Shown one piece after another: positions 1 to 9,046 of a stretch of DNA of 19,463 bases. Under the pieces are notes generated by a model, which saw only the letters and a program-made list of their open reading frames with translations, had not been told where the DNA came from and searched no databases. Each line of letters starts with the position of its first letter. Within the stretch, counting starts at the first letter, position 1. Source of the stretch: Okeania sp. Lineage in GTDB: Bacteria; Cyanobacteriota; Cyanobacteriia; Cyanobacteriales; Microcoleaceae. Where the stretch lies: assembly GCF_035285525.1 (NCBI RefSeq), contig NZ_JAYKGW010000164.1, forward strand, positions 1 to 19,463. Direction: 5' to 3'. The translations under genes and the position numbers were made by a program.

Positions 1-124
1 GACTCTAAGATTTACATAAACCCGCCCCGTTTTCTAATAACACAGTGAAAATGGTGCAATATGTAGGGGCGGGTTTGATCAGAAATTTTCATGCTGACTC
101 TAAGATTTACATAAACCCGCCCCG
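1..124. repeat. Partial tandem array (period 95 bp, about 1.3 copies, cut by the window edge) of the GGGGCGGGTTT/AAACCCGCCCC hairpin repeat family
   Basis: gactctaagatttacataaacccgcccc at 1-28 recurs at 96-124. The inverted partner gtaggggcgggttt is at 63-76. The stems and flanking words (cagaaattttcat, ttttcta..aaaatg.tg) match the array at 4500-5238. Confidence 0.8.
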
Positions 125-171
125 AAGAAACCGGGTTTCTTCAAGAAACCCCGGTTTCTATATCCGAGAGC

Positions 172-347
172 TGTAGGTTGGGTTAAGCGTATCTCGCAAC
201 CCAACAAAAGTTTGTAGAGGAATAGGTTTTTTTAGTTAAGAGAATAAATTTTGGTTGAAAAAACATCGGAATATTAATAGCAGGATGTCTGAACTTTCAT
301 AGGTCATCATGTATATGTTGGGTTTCTTTACCTGAACCCAACCTACA
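172..347. mobile_element. MITE-like element bounded by inverted repeats TGTAGGTTGGGTT / AACCCAACCTACA
   Basis: tgtaggttgggtt at 172-184 and aacccaacctaca at 335-347. Internal half-sites (gcaacccaac, tgttgggttt) are present. The same termini occur at 2748-2835. No ORF. Confidence 0.5.
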
Positions 348-351
348 AATA

Positions 352-1104
352 CTAATTAGTAACTTCTAGCAACTTGAGAATTTTTTCTACATCATCAAAT
401 TCCCCAACAATTTTACGGATAGGTAGAGGCCATACTCTAATCAAAGTAGGAGTAGCAGTAATTAAATCTATTTCAGCTTGTTCCGGATGTTGAAAGACAT
501 CTATTACTTTTAAAGTATAAGGAAGAGAAAGAGATTGTTCTAATATTTGATGGAGACTTTTCAAAGTCTCTTCAACAGTCACACTTTTGCCTGATATAAA
601 TAAGCGGAGAACATAGCCTTCCATTTTTGATTGTGAATCAGTTGAGGTTTCCTTGGGAATAGAATCAAGATTAGATTTTTGTTCATCAAGATAGACAACA
701 AGATCGTGATTTTCCCAGAGTTGAGGAAACTGTTCGTAATAAGTAGCAATTACCATTGGATTACAAAATTCTTCCGACCACGGAGCTAGTTGCCAAATTA
801 TCTCACCAGTATGAAAAATAGCATTAAGCAATGCCTGGTATCTCAAAACTGGGGGATAAGCTTCGGCAAAAAGTTGAACTTGCTGACTATGAGGGTCTAG
901 CCATTTATCAATAGTTGCAGTGTATCCAGGTATTAGGAAATGGGGTGGCTCAGATAACCCCAATATTTCTTGTAGCTCTATACATAAGTGTAGATGCCAC
1001 CGATTTTTTTTAGTTGGGTCTATGCAATATATTAAATCTCCCCCAGGTGTAAACAAGGCAATACCCTTGAATAACTGGGGTAATTTTGGGGTAGTTAGCT
1101 TCAA
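352..1104 (-). CDS. Elongated KaiB-family protein: about 160-aa N-terminal domain of unknown function plus a C-terminal KaiB/thioredoxin-like domain
   Basis: C-terminal YVLRLFISGKS...YTLKVIDVFQHPEQAEIDLITATPTLIRVWPLPIRKIVGEFDD matches the KaiB signature (LKLYVAG...LKVIDVL.NPQLAE.D.I.ATPTL.K.LP.P.R..IGDLSD). The only in-frame start candidate is TTG at 1102-1104, so the start is uncertain. Confidence 0.8.
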   Translation of the reverse strand: MKLTTPKLPQLFKGIALFTPGGDLIYCIDPTKKNRWHLHLCIELQEILGLSEPPHFLIPGYTATIDKWLDPHSQQVQLFAEAYPPVLRYQALLNAIFHTGEIIWQLAPWSEEFCNPMVIATYYEQFPQLWENHDLVVYLDEQKSNLDSIPKETSTDSQSKMEGYVLRLFISGKSVTVEETLKSLHQILEQSLSLPYTLKVIDVFQHPEQAEIDLITATPTLIRVWPLPIRKIVGEFDDVEKILKLLEVTN

Positions 1105-1212
1105 GAAAATAAATTTAAGATCGACTGCACACTTTTGAATATGAATACTAAAGTTAGTCTTGTTAAAATATTTCAGGACTTAGGCAAAGGGACTATATAA
1201 TATAGAGTTGAA

Positions 1213-1232
1213 AAACTATGGCGCCATAGTTT
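1213..1232. repeat. Perfect 20-bp palindrome AAACTATGGCGCCATAGTTT. Member of the AAACTAT-N6-ATAGTTT family and a possible pilT terminator on the minus strand.
   Basis: Self-complementary by inspection. It lies 138 bp downstream of the pilT stop and 109 bp upstream of the KaiB-like start. On the minus strand the stem runs into TTTTT. Confidence 0.6.
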
Positions 1233-1369
1233 CAAGCACTATATCTAGGGTAGTTGCCTAATTCCTGTATTTGCTGAACTAAGCTCAGTCCAACTTTTCC
1301 TGATTATTCAATTTCTATTCTCAATTTAGTCGATCGAGAAAACTTAAAATCAAAAACTTAATAATATTT

Positions 1370-2662
1370 TTAAATTCGGCCTCGTAGCATTTGAGCCATT
1401 TCGTTCGGGTAAGGAGACTGATCGACTGCTACTTCTTCAGTAATCCTACCTTCTTGATAAAGTTCATACAAAGACCTGTTCATAGTAGTCATCCCTTCAT
1501 AAGTATCTTTAAGCATAATTTGGTTAATGTCTTCATACTGGTCTTTCAGAATATATTCCTTAATTACATCTGTATTAATCAAAATGTCATGGAAAGCTGC
1601 TCTCTTACCATCAGTAGTTTTACACAACAACTGAGCAATAATTGCTACTAGAATTTCCGAAAGAGCCAATTTAATTGCTGGTTGTTCTTCAGCAGAAAAC
1701 ATATCCAGAATACGAGTAATGGTCTTAACAGCACTATTTGTGTGGAGAGTTCCCATTACCAAGTGTCCTGTAGATGCAGCTTTAATCGCAATACCCACTG
1801 TTTCCTTATCTCGAATTTCCCCTACTAACATTAGGTCAGGGTCTTGACGCAGAGCGCCTTTAAGAGCGTTGAAGAATTTTAGAGTATGTCTACCTACCTC
1901 CCGGTGCTTAATCAAACATTTTCGGCTTTCATGGACAAATTCTACAGGGTCTTCAATTGTGATGATGTGATAAGGATATGTATCATTCATATAGTCAATC
2001 ATCGCTGCCATAGTAGTAGATTTACCAGAACCTGTTGGCCCTGTAACTAAAAGTAATCCTTTATGGTAGCCACAAACTTTCCTAAATACTTCTGGCAACC
2101 TAAGTTGATCCATCTTCAGAATTTTTGCACCAATCAGTCGTAAGACCATAGCTGGACCTGCCAGAGAATCAAACAAACTAATCCTAATTCGGACAAAACC
2201 TAGATCTGCCGCACCGTCAAAGTCTAGATTTTCTTGAAATGTCCGAATTTCCTCATCCTTCATAATTTCCCGTAGCCAACTCATAAAAGTGCCTAAGTCA
2301 GTCTCTGGGTAATCAATGGGTATAAGGTCACCACGTTTACGGAATCTTGGTATTTCATTTACACCTAAGTGAATATCTGAAATTCCTTCTTCTTCTGCTC
2401 GTCGGACAATTTCTGTCAATGGGACTTGTCCAGGGGCAAGTTGTGGACCGACAGAACTTATTGGTTGGGTTGCTGCAGTTTCGTCAGCAGGAATTATTGG
2501 TTGAGGTTCTGGAGCTGAGGGTGCTGGAGAATTAGAAGGTTTTGGAGCTGAGGGTGCTGGTGTTTTTTTTATTCCTGGTGGTGCAGGGGGACGAGGTGGT
2601 AAACCACGGTTTCCTGGCCGTGGTGGTGCAGGGGGACGAGGAGGTGGTGGTGTTTGTGTCAT
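1370..2662 (-). CDS. pilT: PilT/PilU-family type IV pilus retraction ATPase homologue (PilT2-like) with an N-terminal extension whose first ~55 aa are proline-rich
   Basis: Walker A GPTGSGKSTT, Asp box/Walker B DPDLMLVGEIRD and His box TGHLVMGTLHTNS are present. The usual PilT AIRNLIRE motif is diverged (DVIKEYILKD). The N-terminus PPPPRPPAPPRPG...RPPAPPG...APSAPKP..APSAPEP is encoded by short DNA duplications. Confidence 0.88.
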   Translation of the reverse strand: MTQTPPPPRPPAPPRPGNRGLPPRPPAPPGIKKTPAPSAPKPSNSPAPSAPEPQPIIPADETAATQPISSVGPQLAPGQVPLTEIVRRAEEEGISDIHLGVNEIPRFRKRGDLIPIDYPETDLGTFMSWLREIMKDEEIRTFQENLDFDGAADLGFVRIRISLFDSLAGPAMVLRLIGAKILKMDQLRLPEVFRKVCGYHKGLLLVTGPTGSGKSTTMAAMIDYMNDTYPYHIITIEDPVEFVHESRKCLIKHREVGRHTLKFFNALKGALRQDPDLMLVGEIRDKETVGIAIKAASTGHLVMGTLHTNSAVKTITRILDMFSAEEQPAIKLALSEILVAIIAQLLCKTTDGKRAAFHDILINTDVIKEYILKDQYEDINQIMLKDTYEGMTTMNRSLYELYQEGRITEEVAVDQSPYPNEMAQMLRGRI

Positions 2663-2747
2663 AGTTACCTGGTTTGATTCTATTTTATGAACTAAAGTTA
2701 TTCGGGAGATAATTTACTCCCATTACGCTCCAAGATTACTGAAAGAT

Positions 2748-2835
2748 TGTAGGTTGGGTTGAGGTACGAAACCCAACACAGATATTGGGTTTGACTTCGT
2801 ACCACTAAGGGTCAACAAGCTAGAACCCAACCTAC
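2748..2835. mobile_element. MITE-like element of the TGTAGGTTGGGTT...AACCCAACCTAC family
   Basis: tgtaggttgggtt at 2748-2760 and aacccaacctac at 2824-2835, with internal gaaacccaaca/ttgggttt half-sites. Noncoding. Confidence 0.5.
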
Positions 2836-3135
2836 CTTATAGAAAAATCTTCCACCGGGAAAGGAGTATTCTATTTATAATACCAAATCTAATTATTATA
2901 TCAAATCTGGTAGTATCACTGTTATTTCAGTTATCAGTTAACAGTAAAAAGAGGGTGGAAAGTCTGAGGAGTGTGGGGAGATTTGGTAATAGTTGAAAAT
3001 AGAACATTTTTTTCTACCAAATTAAGCAGATTTGATATTAAAGCGGATGCCACTTTATAATTAAGATTTTCCAGTGCGGGCCGAAAAGCCCGCGTGGGTG
3101 TATCTCACCAATATGGAATCCGCTGTAATATCATT

Positions 3136-3227
3136 AGGACTTACGAATGCGCAACGCATTTCTGTCCGATATGAGCGGCAGCGAAGCAATCTCAAACCTT
3201 GACATTGCGTTCCTCATGCGTAAGTCT
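3136..3227. mobile_element. MITE-like element of the AGGACTTACG...CGTAAGTC family
   Basis: Termini aggacttacgaatgcg / catgcgtaagtct. The internal word gcgaagcaatctcaaac is shared with copies at 10790-10903 and 10137-10217. A more diverged relative (ggaattacgca...tgcgtaatat) follows at about 3243-3356. Confidence 0.55.
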
Positions 3228-3402
3228 TGATCGTAAAGGTTATATTCACAGGAATTACGCAAACTCTTAGAAAATAGACTACCTGTAGAGGGCGTTTCAT
3301 GTCGCGAACCGAAAATGCCATTCGCCCCTAATAGATATGTCGGTTCTGCGTAATATGTTACCTATTCCCAGTTAAGTGTTCCCTATTCCCTACTGCGTAG
3401 CG

Positions 3403-4419
3403 CTATAGCTGCTGACTTTTTTGTTGCACTAATATTGCAGCATCAATTGCCGACAGCCCAGAAACATTAACTTGATAAATAGTACCACTTCTTTTTTCTA
3501 AATCATAACTATAGGTTTTATCATAATAGTGCAGTATTAAATCTGAAGCTGCTGCCAAATTTCCCTCCCTCAGAAAATTAATCGTTGCTTTCGCTCGCAC
3601 ACCTCCCAAGCGTTTGTGAATACGTTTGGTAGCAGCAATCAAATCATTAATATCTGCTTCTCCATATATTTCTACCAACAATTTTACTCTTTCCTGACGA
3701 GTGCGACTTATTTCTATAATTTTTGCTTTTTCCATTTGCTCAAAAATCTCCTGGGGAATACGACACAACCCAATGCGCTTACTCTCAGCTTCTACCCACA
3801 AAGGTTGACTGCGGTTAAACTTTGCCCATTCCATTCCCAAAATATTCCCAAATTGCTCATTCGTAGGTTGAGGCAACAGACCTAAAGCACCAAAACTGCT
3901 ACCTCTATGGTTGGCAATAGCTTCCAAGTCTAACACTTGTTCTCCCATATTTTTTAAAGCACGCAATATTTCTGTTTTGCCGCTACCAGTCATTCCACCC
4001 AAAATAATTATTTTTTGGGGAACTGAAAATAGAGAACTTGCCCAACGGCGAAACCCTTTGTAACCGCCGATGAGTAGAGTAACATTAAATCCACCCGTTT
4101 CCAGTAACCAACCCACAGAAGCACTCCGCATTCCACCGCGCCAACAGTGAATTTTTACTTCACGATCGGTCGCTAAAATTTTGGCATCGGCAACAAAATT
4201 TGCTAATTTCGGACCAGCGATCGCTAACCCTAGTTCGATAGCTTTGTCTTTACCTTTTTGTTTATAACAAGTTCCAACTAGGGCACGTTCTTCGTTATTA
4301 AATACAGGGAAATTAACAGCACCAGGAATATGACCTTGAACATATTCGGCGGGACTGCGAACATCGAGAATAATTCCTGGTGTTTGGAAAAATGCGTCAG
4401 GGTTGAGAGATGTGGGCAT
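3403..4419 (-). CDS. mnmH: tRNA 2-selenouridine(34) synthase (rhodanese domain plus P-loop domain)
   Basis: DVRSPAEYVQGHIPGAVNFPVFNNEERALVGTCYKQKGKDKAIELG closely parallels E. coli SelU/YbbB ([38 protein letters not shown]). Rhodanese Cys loop HCWRGGMRS and P-loop GGMTGSGKT are present. Length is 338 aa. Confidence 0.9.
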   Translation of the reverse strand: MPTSLNPDAFFQTPGIILDVRSPAEYVQGHIPGAVNFPVFNNEERALVGTCYKQKGKDKAIELGLAIAGPKLANFVADAKILATDREVKIHCWRGGMRSASVGWLLETGGFNVTLLIGGYKGFRRWASSLFSVPQKIIILGGMTGSGKTEILRALKNMGEQVLDLEAIANHRGSSFGALGLLPQPTNEQFGNILGMEWAKFNRSQPLWVEAESKRIGLCRIPQEIFEQMEKAKIIEISRTRQERVKLLVEIYGEADINDLIAATKRIHKRLGGVRAKATINFLREGNLAAASDLILHYYDKTYSYDLEKRSGTIYQVNVSGLSAIDAAILVQQKSQQL

Positions 4420-4499
4420 ATTTTTGATAATTAATAATTAATTTATCGTAGGGGCGAATGCCATTCACCCTGTAAGGGTTAATAAATAATTGATAATTC

Positions 4500-5238
4500 G
4501 TAGGGGCGGGTTTCACCAGAAATTTTCATACTTATTCTCAGATTTAACTAAACCCGCCCTCTTTTCTACAACGTCAAAATGTGGAGGGGCGGGTTTTTTT
4601 CAGTTTATGAACTTTTCTTAATTTCCTGGGGAAACCCGCCCTCTTTTCTACAATGTCAAAATGTGGTATGGGCGTAAATCTGTGGGGGCGGGTTTTTTTT
4701 AGTTTATGAACCTTTCTTAATTTCCTGGAGAAACCCGCCCCTACTTTATCAAAATGTGGTATGGGCGTAAATCTGTGGGGGTGGGTTTTTTTTAGTTTAT
4801 GAACCTTTCTTAATTTCCTGGGGAAACCCGCCCTCTTTTCTAGAATGTCAAAATGTGGTATGGGCGCAAATCTGTGGGGGCGGGTTTTTTTTAGTTTATG
4901 AACCTTTCTTAATTTCCTGGAGAAACCCGCCCCTACTTTATCAAAATGTGGTACAGGCGTAAATCTGTGGGGGCGGGTTTTTTTTAATTTATGAACCTTT
5001 CTTAATTTCCTGGAGAAACCCGCCCCTACTTTATCAAAATGTGGTACGGGCGTAAATCTGTGGGGGCGGGTTTTTTTTAATTTATGAACCTTTCTTAATT
5101 TCCTGGGGAAACCCGCCCCTACTTTATCAAAATGTGGTATGGGCGTAAATCTGTGGAGGGCGGGTTTTTTTTAATTTATGAACCTTTCTTAATTTCCTGG
5201 AGAAACCCGCCCCTACTTTATCAAAATGTGGTATGGGC
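4500..5238 (+). repeat. Tandem array of 8 AAACCCGCCC stem copies (7 periods) of 93/99 bp. Each unit is an 11-bp GC-rich inverted repeat (AAACCCGCCCC...GGGGCGGGTTT) followed by T8.
   Basis: AAACCCGCCC starts at 4550, 4632, 4731, 4824, 4923, 5016, 5109 and 5203 (spacings 82, 99, 93, 99, 93, 93, 94). Two unit variants occur (..ccctcttttctacaatgtcaaaatgtgg.. and ..cccctactttatcaaaatgtgg..). All parts of the unit are conserved, so there are no unique spacers. There is no ORF of 60 aa or more in any frame. Confidence 0.9.
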
Positions 5239-8200
5239 AAGTATATTACTCCTGTAGACTAGCTGAGTTCCTTCTTTCTCACCGTCACCATCTCCTAAAA
5301 GAACTTCGGTTACTGTATTAGCTGCACCTTTGAGAAAATCATTATCGCTAATACTACTCACTACTTTATTCACATCTAAGGTGACATTATCTAAATAGGT
5401 AATTCCCAAATCCCTGTTCTGATGCGGTGATATTAACCTTACCTACTTGATTCAGTTCCTTTTGGATACTATTTGGTAACTCTACTTTCAAATTCTCACC
5501 CAATAATTCTACAGCTTTTGTTGGTGAAAATTCTCCAATGGAGACTTCATAAATTTTCTCACCTGCATCATCTGTTGTCACTCGTAAACCAGGATTGGTA
5601 ACACTAGACTCTGACTCTGACAAGAAATTTTCACCCAATCCTAATGTCGCCACCACCCTATTAATCGTGCTGGAAATATTGAGTTCCCCTTGATAAGTTA
5701 CAGCAAATCCATCATCATTTAATTCAATATTTAAGTCCTCTAAACCACCCAAAGCTTTTAACAAGTCTTGAGCAAATTCTGGTAATTTTTCTGTTTCAGC
5801 AATAGTCTTGAACACATTTGTCAGTTTCGCTTCATCAAGTTCTGGCAAATCGAACTTAAATCCACTCAACTTAGGAATCTGATTCAGCTCATCAACTTCA
5901 CTCACATCGAAACTGATGTCAAACTTGGCTCCATTAAAACTGCCAGCTAAACTTAAAGTTTTGTTATTATCTTTATTGGTATATTCTACTTCCGGTTGAG
6001 CTAAAAATAGCTGAGTTCCTGCTTTCTCTCCGTCACCATCTCCTAATAATGAATCAGTAATAGTATTAGCTGCATCTTTGAGGAAACCATCGCTCTCAAC
6101 CAGGTTGTTAACGTCTAAGGTGATATTATCTAAATAAGTCAGACCCAAACCTTGTTTCGATACGGATAAACTAACATTACCTACTTTATCAAGTTCGTTT
6201 TGGATAACATCCGGTAATTTAAGTCCTACTTCACCAGTCAGGAAGTTGACTGCTTCAGTTGAAGAAAATTCCCCGATAGTCACTTCGTAAAGACCTCGAT
6301 CATTTTCCTGTTTTTTAATCCGCAACCCAGGATTTTTAACCGTTAACTTCTCTAAGTCAATTGTTAATCCTGCTTCTGTGGCAACTGTTTCAACAATATT
6401 ACTAATGTCTATCGTCTCTAGATAGGTAATCTTGATTTCATCTTTCTTTAGTTCAACTTTGAACTTTTTAGCTTCATTAATTATGGGGTTCAGTAAATCT
6501 TTGGCGAATTGAAAGCCGGCATCTATTGTGGGAAGTAAATCGTTGATAAAATCTGTCGGCAGCGAAGAAACTTCAATAGTGGGGATGCCGTTGACAAAAG
6601 CAATATCCAAACTGGGCATTTCCAAGTTGAAGTCTGGCAACCCTGGTAAGTCTACCCCAAACCCCGTGATAAAATCACCAAACTTTAAATTTAAGCCCTC
6701 TATCTTGAAAATCTCAGTACCAATACTTAATGATAGGTTGGGTAAATTTGGCAGCTCGAAAAGAAAATCCAAACTCGGTAGAAAAAGGCCAAAACCATCA
6801 AATAAAGATTTAAGATTAGCAGTGGGTAGATTCACCAGGGTGAAGTTAAAGTCAGGGATACCATCCAGGAATGATAACTCAAAGTCCAATCCTTTCAAGT
6901 TCAAGCTTGACCAATCAAAACTTGCTAGTTTCGGCAGTTCTATTCCTGGAATGTTGACAGAGAAAGCACTGAGAAGATTTGACAAATCTACTCCATCAAA
7001 ATCAGGCAAACTAAAGCTCAAATTTATGGGAGTTCGATAATGTATAGTTACCTGCTCTCCATTAATCGTACTCTGAATCTTAATTTCAGTTTCTGTATCG
7101 TGATAAAGCTCTAAACTACTATCTTGGAGAGTGATTTTAGTTTCATCACCCAAACGCTTTTCAACATTCTCAATAGCCTTTTGCACAAAAGCAGTCTGAC
7201 TGTTGCTATCTACTGCATCGCCAATATCAATAACATCGTTAATATTAAGCTCAACAGGTTGGGCATAATTAACTTTGACACCTTTATCGGACAGGACTAA
7301 ATCCACATTTCCCGTACTACTTAGTCCTTTGAATAAATCCGCATTCTTACTGAGTTGCCCCAACCCATTCATTATTTCTCCCACTGGAACTTGAGAAACT
7401 GAAAATTCATAACCTGTGGGATTTTCCAGGGTTCCTTGGACGACTAAAGTAGGATTGGTAGCAGTAATCTTTTGAGTAATAGGACTTAATTTAAGTTTTG
7501 CCAAAATTTCGTTGATGTTGGCAGTAATATCCAAAGTTCCATTGTAGGATGCAGCGATTTGATTATCAGTTTCTGTAATTGAAACATTGGGAACAGGGTT
7601 ATTCTTATCTATCCATTTTTGAGCGAATGAGGGAAGTCCAGATATTATAGACTCACCAGTATCCAATACCGAACCATAATTTACTAAACATTCTGATGTA
7701 AAAGCCGGAACAAATTCTCCTTCACCCAAACTGATTTCTAATTCCCAGTTCCCACCCAAAGCAGCATTACCGGTTAAGTTGGCCGAAGCAGCAATATTAG
7801 CTTTGGTCAAACCTCGTACTTTGGCCAGAAATTCTGCCCCTGTATTTCCCGCAGCGACTTCACAACCATAGATAAATAAATTTGGGGAGGGCACTTCGAT
7901 AAACCACTATTGTAGGTCTTCAGTATATTTATCTAAAGTTTCCAGACTCAGTTGAGTATTTCCTAAGTGCAAACACCCAGAGGAACCGTGGGACAAAATG
8001 TGTAGGGTTTCAATCCCTCGATAGTTCCGTAAAATCTGAGTAATTTGTTGGACGCCATCCCGATCTGGATGCAAAACAATCCCATGAATACCAAGTTTAA
8101 TGCCCTGAAGTAAATGTTGATAGTCGTCAACCTCCGCATTTATGACTACGAGTTCGCGAACGTTAGCGATGGCCTCAGTAGAACTACTAACTTCTGTTGG

Positions 8201-8266
8201 AGAGTATTGGCAGAAGGAAGTATGGTTCATTGAAATTAGAGAGCTTGTGAGAGGAGCTTGGAGCAT
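5221..8266 (-). pseudogene. DUF4347-domain large repeat protein (about 1010 codons), disrupted by one in-frame TAG and one +1 frameshift
   Basis: Track ORFs 7907-8266, 5387-7894 and 5221-5409 are one gene. ...KYTEDLQ-TAG(7907-7909)-WFIEVPSPNLFIYGCEVAAGNTGAEFL...LTGNAALGGNWELE reads in frame as a continuous DUF4347-like domain. At 5408-5410 (AAA on +, TTT on -) deleting one base gives QGLGITYLDNVTLDVN, which matches the internal paralogous segment QGLGLTYLDNITLDVN. Confidence 0.8.
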
Positions 8267-8474
8267 AGAATTAGTAGGGATAGGTTATAGATATTTGGAT
8301 TCTAAATTTAACATCATAATCATGGACAGAAGATAATAGATGCAGATGTCTGAGAACTTCCTGATATTTTTTATGAAGTTACAGACTTGTTAGATTTACA
8401 ATCTAAACTACTCTTATAGTTTATGTCAATACTTTTAATTGAACGTGATAAAATTTTTTTTACATAGAACCATC

Positions 8475-8515
8475 ATATAGCAATGTGCGCACTTAATATT
8501 TACAAGTTGCAGGAG
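8475..8515 (-). repeat. 41-bp conserved element (copy 1), 38/41 identical to 12273-12313 when reverse-complemented
   Basis: Reverse complement ctcctgcaacttgtaaatattaagtgcgcacattgctatat versus ctcctgcaatttgtaaatatgaagtgcccacattgctatat. It lies about 209 nt upstream of the DUF4347 gene start, in the same orientation relative to that gene as copy 2 has to the GNAT gene. Confidence 0.75.
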
Positions 8516-8859
8516 CTGTCTAATAGATAAAAGCCTTATATGATCGGCGGTTCATTCTTTCTGTTCCCACCTTCTGTGTTCCCTGTTCCCTAATGCCTAG
8601 TCCCTGCTCTTTGAAAAATGTTAAGAAAAAAATGTTAAGAAAGATGTGGGTAAAGCATAGCTCTTCGCGACGGGTTTATGTATAGCAACCGCCTTGGCGG
8701 TTAGGACACATTAAAAGCCTAAAACCCAGACATAGCAAGACTTTTCCTTCAGCATAGCTGCCCTCTCTCTGCCTTCTGCTATAAACCTTATGAGTAAGCA
8801 TGAAAATTTTTGCTCAAACCCACCCCTACCCCATGCACCATTTAAGGTATGTCAGTCCA

Positions 8860-8968
8860 GTAGGGTGGGTTAACGGAACGAAGTGAAGTGTAACGCACCA
8901 TTTTTAATGTTGCTGGTGCATTACGCTATTGTTTTTTATGTCGGCGACAACCGAAAACGAAACCCTAC
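8860..8968. mobile_element. MITE-like hairpin element GTAGGGTGGGTT...AAACCCTAC
   Basis: gtagggtgggtt at 8860-8871 and gaaaccctac at 8959-8968. A further aaacccacccctac half-site lies just upstream. Noncoding. Confidence 0.45.
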
Positions 8969-8982
8969 TATTGCGCAATAGT
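8967..8982. repeat. 16-bp perfect palindrome ACTATTGCGCAATAGT (AAACTAT-N6-ATAGTTT family, copy 1)
   Basis: Self-complementary. Followed by tttaatgacagc as in the other copies. It lies 65 nt upstream of the ATG at 9047. Confidence 0.7.
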
Positions 8983-9046
8983 TTAATGACAGCCAAGATG
9001 GCTGTGTTACACTTTTCTATAGCATTTTGCCCACATATTGTTTATT

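Noticed and set aside
4500-5238. Possible CRISPR array
   Set aside because: The whole 93/99-bp period is conserved from unit to unit, so there are no unique spacers. The units are much longer than a CRISPR repeat, and no cas genes are present in the window.
4500-5238. Calling the array NsiR1 or another named cyanobacterial sRNA
   Set aside because: Only the architecture (tandem units with terminators) is analogous. I cannot recall or verify sequence identity, the neighbouring gene is not hetF, and the TCCTGGA word is not correctly placed for a DIF (TCCGGA) -35 element.
5221-5409. Independent 62-aa gene
   Set aside because: It is the frameshifted continuation of the DUF4347 gene. Its sequence parallels the internal module (GLTYLDNITLDVN...LLGDGDGEKAGTQL), and its 'start' is just an in-frame TTG.
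5400-5415. Programmed ribosomal frameshift at the T3/A3 run
   Set aside because: There is no slippery heptamer or downstream structure. A simple 1-nt insertion relative to the paralogous module explains it, and the gene also carries an unrelated nonsense codon.
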